Below, in pieces: positions 1 to 9,913 of a DNA stretch of 64,000 nucleotides. The DNA comes from Spirochaetia bacterium (GTDB lineage Bacteria; Spirochaetota; Spirochaetia; SZUA-6; Bin103). The stretch's first letter is position 1. Each line of letters begins with the position of its first letter. Where the stretch lies: the NCBI GenBank assembly GCA_965199955.1, contig CBDATQ010000001.1, forward strand, positions 1,600,001-1,664,000. Reading direction: 5' to 3'. The position numbers and the translations under genes were made by a program. The notes beneath the pieces were generated by a model, which ran no database searches, was not told the DNA's origin, and saw only the letters and a program-made list of their open reading frames with translations.

Positions 1-1123
1 CGAGCGGGCTGTACTCCGACTTCAGCTCCGCGTCGGGATGCAGGATCAGCCGGTGGTACCAGGCGGCCGAGACGTTGAACGGCTGTTGGCCAATGGAGAC
101 AGCGCGGTCGGCCTGCACGGCGTACAGGATCTCCGGCCGCTTGACGTCGATGCGGGTGCCGTCCGTATTCTCGGTCAGCTTGAGACCGGCGTCGGCTGAC
201 AGCACGAACCCGGCCAGGGCCGCGCTGGCGCCGACGCCGAAGTTGTGGGCGCGGTTGTAGCCGGGTACGACGGCGCCCCTGATGGAGTAGTGGGTCTCGT
301 CCCCCACCGTGCGCCTCGTCTCCCGGACCCCGGTCAGGTCGAAGTCCGGCGTCTGGTCGCGGAAGAACGAGTACGTGAACTGCGCGTCCACGTCGAACGA
401 CGTATAGGATAGGGCCGCGTGCACGGAGTGCGCCCACTCCGAGAACAGGGCCACCCGCGGGTTCTCGAAGCGTGCGTCGATGTCGTAGTTGACGAGGGTC
501 AGGTCGAAGTCCAGCTCGGCGATGCCGATCAGGTCGGGAGCCAGGAACGGCACGTAGACCATTTCCAGGCTCAGCGCGTCGTCCAGGTAGGCGGTGACGT
601 GGATCATGGGGTCGGCCAGCGGGCTCTCGAATGCGTCGCCCAGCCCCAGGGTGGAGGTGTTCGTGTGGTTGACCACGTCCAGGGGGCTCAGCAGGTCGAT
701 CTTCCCCCAGCGCACGAACTTCTGGCCGACGTCGACATCGAAGGCGTCGGTGCGCAGCGTGACGTACGCCTGGCGGACGATGAACTCGGGGTCGATCACA
801 GTCACCTCGCCGATGCGCCGTTCGACGGCCGTCTCCGGCACCGCGACGTGCTCGCCGATCTGGGCGAAGGCTTGGAGCTCGGCGAATGCCCCCAGATCGC
901 CGGTGGCGTTGACCGCCTCCACCTGTGCGGCGGCCGTCAGCCGCACCCGTTCGTTGGTGTAGAGCCGTCCCTCGGCCACCAGGCCGTAGTGGTCGAGCTG
1001 CACGAAGCCGCCCAGCGACAGGTCGATGCCGTCCGCCAGGGCGTGCGGCGCCGACAGGGCCAGCCCCGCAGCCAGCGCGATCGGGCGTAGCACGCCCCGG
1101 ACCGATCCGAGTAGGTGTCTCAC
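1..1123 (-). CDS. Probable outer-membrane beta-barrel protein (DUF1302-like), runs off the window edge
   Basis: Not in the ORF track. The reverse strand reads GTG-RHLLGSVRGVLRPIALAAGLALSAPHALADGIDLSLGGFVQLDHY..., a signal peptide followed by amphipathic strands and an 'RQAYVT..D..VGQKFVRWGKIDLLSPLD' motif. GTGA overlap with the upstream stop; this is the usual third gene of MMPL/LolA-like cassettes. Confidence 0.65.
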   Translation of the reverse strand, partial: MRHLLGSVRGVLRPIALAAGLALSAPHALADGIDLSLGGFVQLDHYGLVAEGRLYTNERVRLTAAAQVEAVNATGDLGAFAELQAFAQIGEHVAVPETAVERRIGEVTVIDPEFIVRQAYVTLRTDAFDVDVGQKFVRWGKIDLLSPLDVVNHTNTSTLGLGDAFESPLADPMIHVTAYLDDALSLEMVYVPFLAPDLIGIAELDFDLTLVNYDIDARFENPRVALFSEWAHSVHAALSYTSFDVDAQFTYSFFRDQTPDFDLTGVRETRRTVGDETHYSIRGAVVPGYNRAHNFGVGASAALAGFVLSADAGLKLTENTDGTRIDVKRPEILYAVQADRAVSIGQQPFNVSAAWYHRLILHPDAELKSEYSPL

Positions 1124-1920
1124 TGCCGTTGCAGGTAGCGGTGCGTGAAGTAGCGGTCGGGGATGTCATCCGTGAACGACAGCCGTTCGGCGACGATCTC
1201 CGAAACGTGCCCGGTCTGGTGGTTGATCATGTGCACCCGTGACGGGTAGGCCAGCCCGTCCTCCCGGTACAACTCCAGCACCGTGAGCTCCTTGAGCAGG
1301 TCGTCGGCCAGGTCGTAGAAGAGGATCCGCTCGGCGACGAAGTCGTCCTTGCGGATGTAGTGCTCCTCGCGCGAGTAGCCGAACTCGCGCTGCAGATCCG
1401 GCGTCCTGCCGCGCACGTCCAGTACGTAGTGCCCGCCGCTGCCGGGCGCGTCCTCCAGCAGGGTGTGGACGTACTCCGCGTCGTCGCGGCTGATCAGGTC
1501 GCGGAAGGTGAAGTCGCTGCCCATGAAGTAGCCGCCGCCGGCGGTGCTCAGGTCGACCCGCTTGACCCTGCCCACGGCCGGCAGGTAGAGCCACATGCTG
1601 TCGTCTCCCTGGTTGATGTTGGAGTGCACCAGCAGCGCCGTGCCGCGCACGTTGGGCGGAAAGGTGAACACGAACAGCCGGTCTTCACGCTCCGGAGAAC
1701 GCCGCTTCTGGTATGCGGTGACGCGCGTCACGCGTCGGTCTCCGCCGGGGGAGACGACCGTCAGAGTCAGCTCGCCGCTCAGGTTCTCGATCCGGGTCAG
1801 GGCGCCGGACCGTTCGAGGATCTGTTCGACGTCCTGGGCGGACAGCGGCCCCGGTATCCCCAGCAACGCCGCGAGCGCCAGCGTCAGCGGGATCGACGCA
1901 AGCAGGCGGCGGGTGTTCAG
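1120..1920 (-). CDS. Outer-membrane lipoprotein-sorting protein (LolA-like)
   Basis: Motifs 'GTALLV', 'DDSMWLYLPAVGRVKR', 'FMGSDFTFRDL'; signal peptide. The track ORF is over-extended; likely start is CTG at 1920 after GGGAGG, or ATG at 1953. Confidence 0.85.
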   Translation of the reverse strand: MNTRRLLASIPLTLALAALLGIPGPLSAQDVEQILERSGALTRIENLSGELTLTVVSPGGDRRVTRVTAYQKRRSPEREDRLFVFTFPPNVRGTALLVHSNINQGDDSMWLYLPAVGRVKRVDLSTAGGGYFMGSDFTFRDLISRDDAEYVHTLLEDAPGSGGHYVLDVRGRTPDLQREFGYSREEHYIRKDDFVAERILFYDLADDLLKELTVLELYREDGLAYPSRVHMINHQTGHVSEIVAERLSFTDDIPDRYFTHRYLQRQ

Positions 1921-4172
1921 CGGTTCCTCCCTTGGCGTGCGGGCAACTCCCATGTCGCGATGAACAGGCTCAGGACGAAGGCGCCCGCGATGGCGGCCGC
2001 GATCATCATACCGAAATGGACGGCGCCCGCGAACGAGGAGAGCGCCAGGCTGAGGAAGGCAACCACGGAGGTCAGGAAGCTCATGAAGACCGGCACGCCG
2101 CTGCCGCGTGCGACGGCGATCGCCAGCCGGATCCCGGCGATGGTGCCCACCCCGCGGCGCCAAGCCGCGACGGGCGAGCGGCGCAGCGCGTTGATCACGT
2201 GGATGGTGTAGTCGACTGTCAGCCCCAGAGTGACCGCGATCGCGATCACGGTGTAGTCGTCGAGATGCACGCCGAACAGGGGTACGGCCCCGGCCACGGC
2301 CAGCAGGATCACGCAGGGCGGCAGCAAGCTGAGCGCCGCGAGCTTCAGGTCCCGGAACGCCGCCAGCACCGTGAGGAAGATGAGCAGCGCGCCGCTGCCG
2401 AAGGTGCGCAGCCAGCCGTTGCGCAGCCGGGCGGCGTGACCGAGCAAGTCCTGCACCGGCCCCGTGACCCGCAGGGTCCATCCGTCGGGCAGCTCGGCGC
2501 GGAGCGCGCCAACCAGGTCCCGGAATTCGAGCAGCGTATCGAAGTCGCGGTAGCGGAGGATGCCGTGCACGCGCGCCACGCTGAAGTCGGCGTCGGCGAG
2601 CGCGTCGTAGGCGGCCGGGTTGGCCGAGGCTGCGAAGAACAACAGGTATTGCGAGACCAGCCGCTCGAAGGCGGCGGGGTCGGGTTCGTCCGGCAGCCGC
2701 CGGGACTCCGGCTCGCCGTCGGTGAAGTACGAGTTGATGCGCTCGATCACCGTCAGCAGCGACTGGTGATGGCCGATCTCACCGCTCCGGGCCAGCGACC
2801 GGTGGACGCCCGCGAGCCGTTCCAGCGCTGCGCGCCGCACGAACGCATTCGGCTCCCCGGCGTCCAGCTCGATCGCGAACGGCACGGTGCCGGCGAACTT
2901 CCCGTTGAAGATACGCTCCGCCTGCACGATCGTCGATGCTTCCGGAAGCTGGTGGAGCGGGTACGGTTCCGGGCGGAGCCGGGGCAGATTCAGCGCCGCC
3001 AGTGCCGCGATTATGGCGAGGACCAGCGCAGCCGCGACCCGATGGCGCGCGAGCGCCAGCACCAGGGTCACCAGCAGCCGGCGGATATGCCGGATGATCA
3101 GGCGCGGCGCGCGGAGCGCGCGTCGGCGGACAGGCCCGAACGCCGGCACCCACCAGAGCGCCAGCAGCAGCGCCGCCAGCGCCCCGGCGCTGACCGTCAC
3201 GCCGACGAATAGGTGGGCGCCGCTGCCCAGCCCGATCAGGCTGAGGAAGCCGATGACGGTGGTGGCCGCCGTCAGCGCCAGCGGCAGTGCCAGGTAGGCG
3301 CGGGTGGTGGGCGCCGAACCGTCTCCGATGGATCCCAGGTGGTAGCCTGAGTGAATGGCGTAGTCGCTGAGCAGGCCGCCGGCAAACACCGGCAGCAGGA
3401 CCAGGAGAGGAGTGGCGGCCGCGCCCAGGAGCGTGAACACCGCGTAGCCGATGCCGGCCGCCGAGGCGGTCGCGGCCAGGGCCAGCAGCACGCCGCGCGC
3501 GGTGCCGAACGTCAGCAGGAACACCACGGCGATCAGGACGCCCGCGAACGGCAGCAGGGCGCGCACATCGCGGGTCATCAGCCGGGCGACCACGACGGCG
3601 ATCGGGCGCAACCCGGTGAAGTGGACGGCGACGTCTTCCCCGGCGAGGGTGCGCTGCAGCTCCTCCAGGCGCTTTACCAGCTCCTCCGGCGGCAGCCGGG
3701 AACCGAGTTCCAGGTAGAAGGCCACGGTGCGGAGGTCGGCGCTCCAGTACGGATGGATCTCCGGAAACAGGGGGTAGGCGAGGCGGAGATCCTCCGCCGC
3801 CGCGGGGTCGTAGGCGTCCACCAGGTCCGGCGCCACGAACGGCCGCGCCGAGATGTCTTCGGCCGTGGAGCTGACCACGGTGGCGCGCAGCGGCGACGAG
3901 TAGCCGCGGACTCCTTCCAGCGCGCGGATGAACGCGTCCACGCGGGCGATCACGCTCAGGTTCGCGTGGTCCAGCCCGTCGCCGCCGCGCGCGGACAGGT
4001 CCACCGCCACGGCGACGACGTTCTCGCCCTGGGACGGCAGGCGGACCTCGCTGTCAGGGGCCGACAGCGCTTCCGTGCCGCCGCCGGCCGGCCGCAAGAG
4101 GACGACCGCTGCCACGAGCGCCGCGGCGCCCAGCGGAACGGCTATCCGTCTACCGTGCTCGAGGTTACACAC
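1917..4172 (-). CDS. MMPL/RND family transporter
   Basis: Two repeats of a periplasmic domain plus TM bundle, with 'LLSDYAIH' and 'LTVDYTIH' (GxxxDYxIH-type) motifs. Confidence 0.85.
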   Translation of the reverse strand: MCNLEHGRRIAVPLGAAALVAAVVLLRPAGGGTEALSAPDSEVRLPSQGENVVAVAVDLSARGGDGLDHANLSVIARVDAFIRALEGVRGYSSPLRATVVSSTAEDISARPFVAPDLVDAYDPAAAEDLRLAYPLFPEIHPYWSADLRTVAFYLELGSRLPPEELVKRLEELQRTLAGEDVAVHFTGLRPIAVVVARLMTRDVRALLPFAGVLIAVVFLLTFGTARGVLLALAATASAAGIGYAVFTLLGAAATPLLVLLPVFAGGLLSDYAIHSGYHLGSIGDGSAPTTRAYLALPLALTAATTVIGFLSLIGLGSGAHLFVGVTVSAGALAALLLALWWVPAFGPVRRRALRAPRLIIRHIRRLLVTLVLALARHRVAAALVLAIIAALAALNLPRLRPEPYPLHQLPEASTIVQAERIFNGKFAGTVPFAIELDAGEPNAFVRRAALERLAGVHRSLARSGEIGHHQSLLTVIERINSYFTDGEPESRRLPDEPDPAAFERLVSQYLLFFAASANPAAYDALADADFSVARVHGILRYRDFDTLLEFRDLVGALRAELPDGWTLRVTGPVQDLLGHAARLRNGWLRTFGSGALLIFLTVLAAFRDLKLAALSLLPPCVILLAVAGAVPLFGVHLDDYTVIAIAVTLGLTVDYTIHVINALRRSPVAAWRRGVGTIAGIRLAIAVARGSGVPVFMSFLTSVVAFLSLALSSFAGAVHFGMMIAAAIAGAFVLSLFIATWELPARQGRNR

Positions 4173-4278
4173 GAAGTGATGATGGTCCCGCCACGTTCAA
4201 TCATCCTCGCGTCGGAGGTTGCCGGATTGGCGCCGGAGCGGCAATCCGACAGCCTCCGGCGCCAAAGGTGGGGATGGG

Positions 4279-4313
4279 CCAAGAAGCCGGAGCCCGAGGC
4301 TCCGGCTTCTTGG
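4279..4313. terminator. Perfect 16-bp stem-loop downstream of the PhyH gene
   Basis: ccaagaagccggagcc-cga-ggctccggcttcttgg lies immediately 3' of the stop at 4317; there is no strong U-tract. Confidence 0.6.
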
Positions 4314-4316
4314 GGC

Positions 4317-5248
4317 TCAGCAGATCAGGCCGCGTTTCGCCCCCGTGCCGTGCGCGATCGGGTTCTCGCCTATCCAGCGTTCGTCCATCGGCTCGCCGGC
4401 GCGCTGGTAGCGCGTGTCGGAGGAGACGCGCACGCGGTCGGTGTGGTTGTCGCCGGCGGAGTGCATGGTGTGCATGGTGAAGATCAGCAGGTCGCCGGCG
4501 AGGTAGTCGCTCATCAGCCAGCGGCCGCCCAGCCGGCCGGGGAGTGAGGTGGCGTCCTTGGTGAAGTGCCCGCCGTTGTGGCGGTCCACCCAGCGCGACG
4601 AGCCGGACAGGACCGGGTCCGCCTCCGGCGTGCCGGAGCAGTAGGTGTCGACGTCCATCCGGCCGTAGGTCTCCTGCACCTCGGTCAGGCGGTGCGAGCC
4701 TTCCAGGATCATCAGGCCACCCATCTCCAGAGGCACGTCGCACAGCGGCGTCCAGCCGGTCAGCAGGTTCTTCGTGCCCCGGCCCATGAAGACGATGTCG
4801 TAGTGAGGCGGGGTGGGGGTGTCGACCCCCGGCGACTTGGCGCGCACCCAGATGTAGTCGAAGTGCCGGACCGGCGCGTCGAAGATGCGCTCGAACACCG
4901 CCAGCATCGGTGCGCCGAACACCACCCGCTCCAGCGGCGGGTTGTGCCTGCCCTCGTCGTGTGCGGCCAGTACCGAGAGGCCGGGCTTCGCGATCCCCTC
5001 CTCGGGCGGGTAATCGGGATGGAGCTGGCCGGCCGCGGCGATGCGGCGGTAGAGTTCGTGCCCGGTTCCAGCACCTCGTCCCTCGGCAGCGCATCGCGCA
5101 GCAGCACGTAGCCATCGGTGTCGAGCCGCTCGCGCAACTCGGAGCCGGCGGCATCGGTCGCGGTGACGGCGAGCCTTCCCGGCGTGTGTAACTCGTCACG
5201 CAGCGGTCGGCCTTGGTAGGTGAGCTCGGCGGTCGCGGCGGTGTCCAT
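4317..5248 (-). pseudogene. Phytanoyl-CoA dioxygenase (PhyH) family protein with one frameshift
   Basis: The N-part 'RERLDTDGYVLLRDALPRDEVLE' shifts at ~5062-5068 into 'HELYRRIAA...TPPHYD...AGDLLIFTMHTMH...RVSSDTRYQ' (HxD...H facial triad). The single missing base may be a sequencing error. Confidence 0.8.
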
Positions 5249-5276
5249 GGCGCGGCTATTATGACATGGCCAGCGT

Positions 5277-6989
5277 ATGAGAGGGATGGCGAGGGGGCGC
5301 GTCCGGTCGGCCGTCCTGGCGTGTCTGAGCGCTGTCTCGATGGCGGCGGCCGCCGAGGTGCGGCTGTCCACTTGTGCCACCGACCCGGCCCTGTGCCCGG
5401 AAGCTACGGGGCTGATCCACCCGCACGCCCCGGCGATCGACAGCTTCTTCACGTTCTCCGGCGGCGGCTCGGTCGGGGACTTCAACCGCGACGGACGGCA
5501 GGACCTGTTCCTGGTGACCGGTGGCGAGGCGCCGGACCGGCTCTACCTGAACCAGGGCGACGGCACCTTCCGGGAGGTGGCGGAGGCGGCCGGCGTGGCC
5601 GAGGTCCACCGCGGCCACGGCTCCGTCGTGGGAGACATCGACAAGGACGGGTGGCTGGACATCTTCGTCACCAGCCTGGGTCCGATGGCCGACGAGTGGA
5701 GCATGCCGGGCAACCATCTCCTGTGGCTGAACCAGGGCGGGCAGCCGGACGGGCTGCTGGCCGACGGGACACCGACGTTCCGGAACATCGCGCGGGAGGC
5801 GCGCGCCGACATGACGTCCTTCGAGCAGCCGTCCGGTATGGGGGCGGCGCTGGGCGACTACGACCGCGACGGCGACCTGGACCTGCTCGTGGTCTCCTGG
5901 CTGACCTGGGCCGAGGGCAGCCTGCTGCTGCGCAACGAGGGCATCCACGAGCGAACCGGCCTGCCACGCTTCTCCAACGCGACCCCGCGCGCGCGCCTGT
6001 TCAAGACGGAGATGCACGGCTTGACCGCGCACATCGTCGACGTCGACGGCGACCGGTGGCCGGAGGTGCTGGTGGCGGCCGACTACCGCACCAGCCGGCT
6101 GTATCACAACAACGGCGACGGCACCTTCGCCGACGTCACGCGCGAGGCGCAGGTGGGGCTGGACGGCAACGGCATGGGCAGCGTGCTGGCCGACGTGGAC
6201 AACGACGGCCTGCTCGACTGGTACGTAACCTCGATCTGGACCCACACGCCGTTCGAGGACGCGACCGGGCACGTGCCGGGAACCGGGAACTACCTGTACC
6301 GCAACCTCGGCGGCGGCGCTTTCGACTCCGGGCCGCGCACCCGCGGACCGCTCGCGCGCGGCGGCTGGGGATGGGGCGTGGTGGCGGTCGATCTGGACCA
6401 CGACGGCCTGCTGGATCTGGTGACCACGAACGGCTGGCAGGCGGAAAACGCCGACGGCCATCAGGAGTGGCTGGAGGACCCGACGAGCGTCTTCCACAAC
6501 CGCGGCGATGCGAAGTTCCGGGACATCGCCGCCGAGGCCGGACTGGACCACCGCGCGGAAGGGCGTGGCATGGTCCGCTTCGACTACGACGACGACGGCG
6601 ACCAAGATCTGCTGATCATCAACAGCCGCGGCGTGCCGACGCTGGTCGCCAACACGGGCGGGACCGCCTCCGGCAACTGGCTGCGCGTGGAGTTGCGCCC
6701 CGCGCTGGACCTGCCGGTGCCGGCGGACGGAGTCGGCGCGGTGGTGCGCGTCCGCACCGGCGAAACCACGCAGACCCGCCATATCGAGACCGGCGGCGGC
6801 TACCTGGGGTCCTCCGAGCTGAGCGCCCACTTCGGCCTGGGTGACGCGGCGGTCGCCGACGAGCTGCGCGTCGAGTGGCCGGACGGCTGCGACACGGCCA
6901 CGCACGAGGTCGCGGTCAACCGCCGCCTGCGGCTGGAGCGCCCCGCCGGCTGCACGATGACCGTGGTCGTGCTCGACGAACATCACTGA
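5277..6989 (+). CDS. ASPIC/UnbV (CRTAC1-like) FG-GAP repeat protein, secreted
   Basis: Repeated 'DxDxDGxxDL' and 'LYxNxGDGTF' motifs; C-terminal 'GNWLRVEL...GAVVRV...HFGLG...VEWPDG'; signal peptide. Confidence 0.9.
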   Translation: MRGMARGRVRSAVLACLSAVSMAAAAEVRLSTCATDPALCPEATGLIHPHAPAIDSFFTFSGGGSVGDFNRDGRQDLFLVTGGEAPDRLYLNQGDGTFREVAEAAGVAEVHRGHGSVVGDIDKDGWLDIFVTSLGPMADEWSMPGNHLLWLNQGGQPDGLLADGTPTFRNIAREARADMTSFEQPSGMGAALGDYDRDGDLDLLVVSWLTWAEGSLLLRNEGIHERTGLPRFSNATPRARLFKTEMHGLTAHIVDVDGDRWPEVLVAADYRTSRLYHNNGDGTFADVTREAQVGLDGNGMGSVLADVDNDGLLDWYVTSIWTHTPFEDATGHVPGTGNYLYRNLGGGAFDSGPRTRGPLARGGWGWGVVAVDLDHDGLLDLVTTNGWQAENADGHQEWLEDPTSVFHNRGDAKFRDIAAEAGLDHRAEGRGMVRFDYDDDGDQDLLIINSRGVPTLVANTGGTASGNWLRVELRPALDLPVPADGVGAVVRVRTGETTQTRHIETGGGYLGSSELSAHFGLGDAAVADELRVEWPDGCDTATHEVAVNRRLRLERPAGCTMTVVVLDEHH

Positions 6990-7003
6990 GCGAGGAGAAA
7001 GCC

Positions 7004-8455
7004 ATGGCATTGGAGATCGACGCGCGCGAAGCGCAACTCTTCCTGGACGACGAGGTGATCGAGCAGAGCGTGCGCGTGCAGCGCGTGATCCATCAGCCGT
7101 TCCGCTACTGGGGAAATCCCGTATACGCCCCTGACGCGCCTTGGGAGGGCGCAGGCGTCGTCTACCTGGCCGGCGTGTACATCGACGCGGCCGATGGCCT
7201 GTGGAAGCTCTGGTACGCCACGCTCAACCCGCCCGCCTATCCGGAGATCACTTACGCGGTCTGCATGCTCACCTCCACCGACGGCCTCCATTGGGAGCGG
7301 CCGGAGCTGGACGTGGTGCGCGCGCACGACGGCGGCTGGACCAACATCGTGCTGGACATGGGCGACGTGGGCGGCACCGGCGCCGCGACGATTCTGCACG
7401 AGCCCGAGCACGGCGACGAGCCGTGGACGCTGGTGATCAGCTCCTGCGAGGCCGGCACCTGGAACTACAAGGGCTACATCCTGCGCTCCGCCGACGGCGT
7501 GCACTGGCGCTGGGAGCGGCCCATGCCGAACGGCGTCGACCACGGCATGCACGACCGCTGCACGGCCATGCGGGGCCCCGATCCGGAGTTCCCGTACGTC
7601 TTGCTCAGCCGCGGCAGCGAGGACGCCAGGCGCTGGGGACTGGTGCGCAGCGCCCACCGGGTGGCGATCAACGCGGACGCCGCCGACGGCCCGCCGCGCC
7701 GCGTGCTGACCCCCGACCTGGAGGACGACCCGGCCGGGCAGATCTACCACGCCTACGGCTTCCGCTACGAGAGCACCTACGTTGGGCTGTTCCAGTGGTA
7801 CTGGGAGCACGACCGGCCGTGGGCGGAGATGGAGCTGTTGACCAGCCGCGACAGCGTCACCTGGCAGCGCCCGCGGCCGCGCGGGCCTTTCTTCTCCCCC
7901 ACGCCCGGCGGCGGCCGCGTGGGGGCCTACGACGCGGCGCGCACCGACACCGCGCTGTCGCCGCCGGTGCGCACCGCGGAGCGGAACGAGGCGGGCTCGC
8001 CCGCGCCGAACATGGAAACGCTGTGGTTCTACTCGTGGGGAGGCCCGGCCATGCACGGCGACCGCCACCTCACCTTCGGCGCCACGATCGGCGTCGCACA
8101 GCTCCGCGGCGACGGCTTCTGCTCGCTGCGCGCCCGCCGCTTTCCCGGCACCGTGGTCACCAGGCCGTTCACGTGGCCGAGCGGCCGGCTGCTGATCAAC
8201 GCGGTCGGCCTGGGCGGCGGCGGCAACGCCAGTCTGCGCACGGCCGTCCTGCGCGAGGACCTGTCGGAGATCGATGGGCTGGGAGCGGGGGACGCGGACC
8301 CGCTGTCGCGCGACGGCGTCCGCCAGGAACAGACGTGGCGCGGCGACGGCGCCGGCATCGAGCGGCTGGCCGGCAAGACCATCCGCCTGCGTTTCCTGAT
8401 GGACAATACCGACCTGTACGCGTTCCGGGCGTCCGGCGACACGGCGTCAGGTTGA
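7004..8455 (+). CDS. GH32/GH43-like five-bladed beta-propeller protein (paralog 1)
   Basis: SD GAGGAG before ATG 7004; motifs 'LFLDD', 'NPV...PWE', 'STDGLHWERP', 'SRDSVTWQR', 'LRGDGF', 'IRLRF..DLYAFR'. Confidence 0.75.
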   Translation: MALEIDAREAQLFLDDEVIEQSVRVQRVIHQPFRYWGNPVYAPDAPWEGAGVVYLAGVYIDAADGLWKLWYATLNPPAYPEITYAVCMLTSTDGLHWERPELDVVRAHDGGWTNIVLDMGDVGGTGAATILHEPEHGDEPWTLVISSCEAGTWNYKGYILRSADGVHWRWERPMPNGVDHGMHDRCTAMRGPDPEFPYVLLSRGSEDARRWGLVRSAHRVAINADAADGPPRRVLTPDLEDDPAGQIYHAYGFRYESTYVGLFQWYWEHDRPWAEMELLTSRDSVTWQRPRPRGPFFSPTPGGGRVGAYDAARTDTALSPPVRTAERNEAGSPAPNMETLWFYSWGGPAMHGDRHLTFGATIGVAQLRGDGFCSLRARRFPGTVVTRPFTWPSGRLLINAVGLGGGGNASLRTAVLREDLSEIDGLGAGDADPLSRDGVRQEQTWRGDGAGIERLAGKTIRLRFLMDNTDLYAFRASGDTASG

Positions 8456-8488
8456 CGCGGCGTCCGGCTGACGAGTAAGGAGACAGAC

Positions 8489-9913
8489 ATGACCGCAACG
8501 CCCGGCACCACGGTGCCGTTCCTGGACCTCGGCGAGCTTGAGGATCGAGACAACGTGGACCTGCGGCCCACGGAGGCCGTCAAGCACCCGGCCAATCCGG
8601 TGCTGCAGCCCGGCCACGCCCACGAATGGGACTGCAAGCGCGTCGGCAACTGGGCCGGCGACATCCACTGGGACGCGGACGAGTCCGTCTTCAAGTGCTG
8701 GTACTACGCCTCCGACCTGGAAGGGACCCCCTCGATCGGCTACGCGCTGAGCGCCGACGGCGTGCTCTGGGAGAAGCCGCGCCTGGGGCTCTACGACTAC
8801 GGCGGCTCCACCGACAACAACATCTGCTTTCGTCCCGTGACCGGTGCCACCAGCCACTTCTGCCTGAGGGTCGACGACGACGCTCCCGCCGGGCGGCGCT
8901 ACCAGGCGCTGACCTGGTCCGACGCGCCCGGCATCGACGGCAAGCGCAATTTCCCATACTACTCGCCCGACGGCATCCACTGGACGCTGACGCCGACCCC
9001 GGAACGCGCCTGCGCCATCGGCGACACCGCCGACGTGATCGACGATCCCGCCGACCCCGATCCGGAGCGGCGGATCAAGGTCTACACCCAGCACGGCGCC
9101 TGGTACGGTTCAGACCTGGAGCACCTGCGGCAGGGGCCGCGCGCGGTCATCGACCCGGCCGACGGGCGCGAGCAGGAGATCCACTTCATCTACGCGCTGC
9201 CCTACCGGGGCGCCTACGTGATGCTCTACGACTTCGACGCCGTGATCCCCTGGCCGCACCATGCCGAGCCCTTGGGCACCCGCAAGCGGCGCAAGCTGGC
9301 GGCCGGCGCCTACGCCGGCGACTGCCGGCTGGCGGTGAGCCGCGACGGCCTGGGCCCATTCCGGCGCATCCGGCCCGATCTGCCGGTGATCCCGATGGGC
9401 GACTGGGGAACGTGGGACGACGAGCTGCTGGTGCTGGGTGGCGGCAGCATGATTCCGTTCGACGACCGGGTCGTGCTGTTCTACACCGCGCTCTCGCACT
9501 TCGGAACCGGCTTCCTGTCCTATCCCTACTTCAAGTGCGAGATGGGCATGGCGACGCTCCGCCGCGACGGCTTCACCCACCTCTGCAATCGCGACGGCCT
9601 CACGCAGGCGACGGTCACCACCGCGCCGATCGAGGCCGGCGCCGGACCGGCCGCCCTGCACCTCAACGTCTCCGATCTGCGCCCGTATCGCGACTGGGTC
9701 GAGGTCGAGGTGCTGGACGCCGACTCGGGCCGGGTCGTGCCCGGATACGGCCGCGAGGACTGCCGGCACCTGATCACCGAGGGGCTGTCGGTGCCGGTCC
9801 GCTGGGATGGCCATACCGACCTGAGCGCCGCGCCGTGGCGCTACAGGCTGCGCTTCTACTTGTGGGGGCGGGCGCGCCTGTATTCGTTCGCATTCGAGGA
9901 GGTCGAGCGATGA
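8489..9913 (+). CDS. GH32/GH43-like beta-propeller protein (paralog 2)
   Basis: SD AAGGAG; 'KHPANPVL', 'SADGVLWEKPRLG', 'DPDPERR', 'LRRDGF', 'LYSF'. Confidence 0.75.
   Translation: MTATPGTTVPFLDLGELEDRDNVDLRPTEAVKHPANPVLQPGHAHEWDCKRVGNWAGDIHWDADESVFKCWYYASDLEGTPSIGYALSADGVLWEKPRLGLYDYGGSTDNNICFRPVTGATSHFCLRVDDDAPAGRRYQALTWSDAPGIDGKRNFPYYSPDGIHWTLTPTPERACAIGDTADVIDDPADPDPERRIKVYTQHGAWYGSDLEHLRQGPRAVIDPADGREQEIHFIYALPYRGAYVMLYDFDAVIPWPHHAEPLGTRKRRKLAAGAYAGDCRLAVSRDGLGPFRRIRPDLPVIPMGDWGTWDDELLVLGGGSMIPFDDRVVLFYTALSHFGTGFLSYPYFKCEMGMATLRRDGFTHLCNRDGLTQATVTTAPIEAGAGPAALHLNVSDLRPYRDWVEVEVLDADSGRVVPGYGREDCRHLITEGLSVPVRWDGHTDLSAAPWRYRLRFYLWGRARLYSFAFEEVER

Noticed and set aside
5461..6620. Recurrent GAC-rich DNA repeats
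   Set aside because: Explained by the coding of FG-GAP DxDxDG protein repeats, not an independent DNA repeat.
8626..9909. 805-aa ORF suggesting a fusion with the dehydratase
   Set aside because: The extension is an Arg/Gly-rich off-frame overlap of 8489-9913; the dehydratase starts at the ATGA overlap at 9910.
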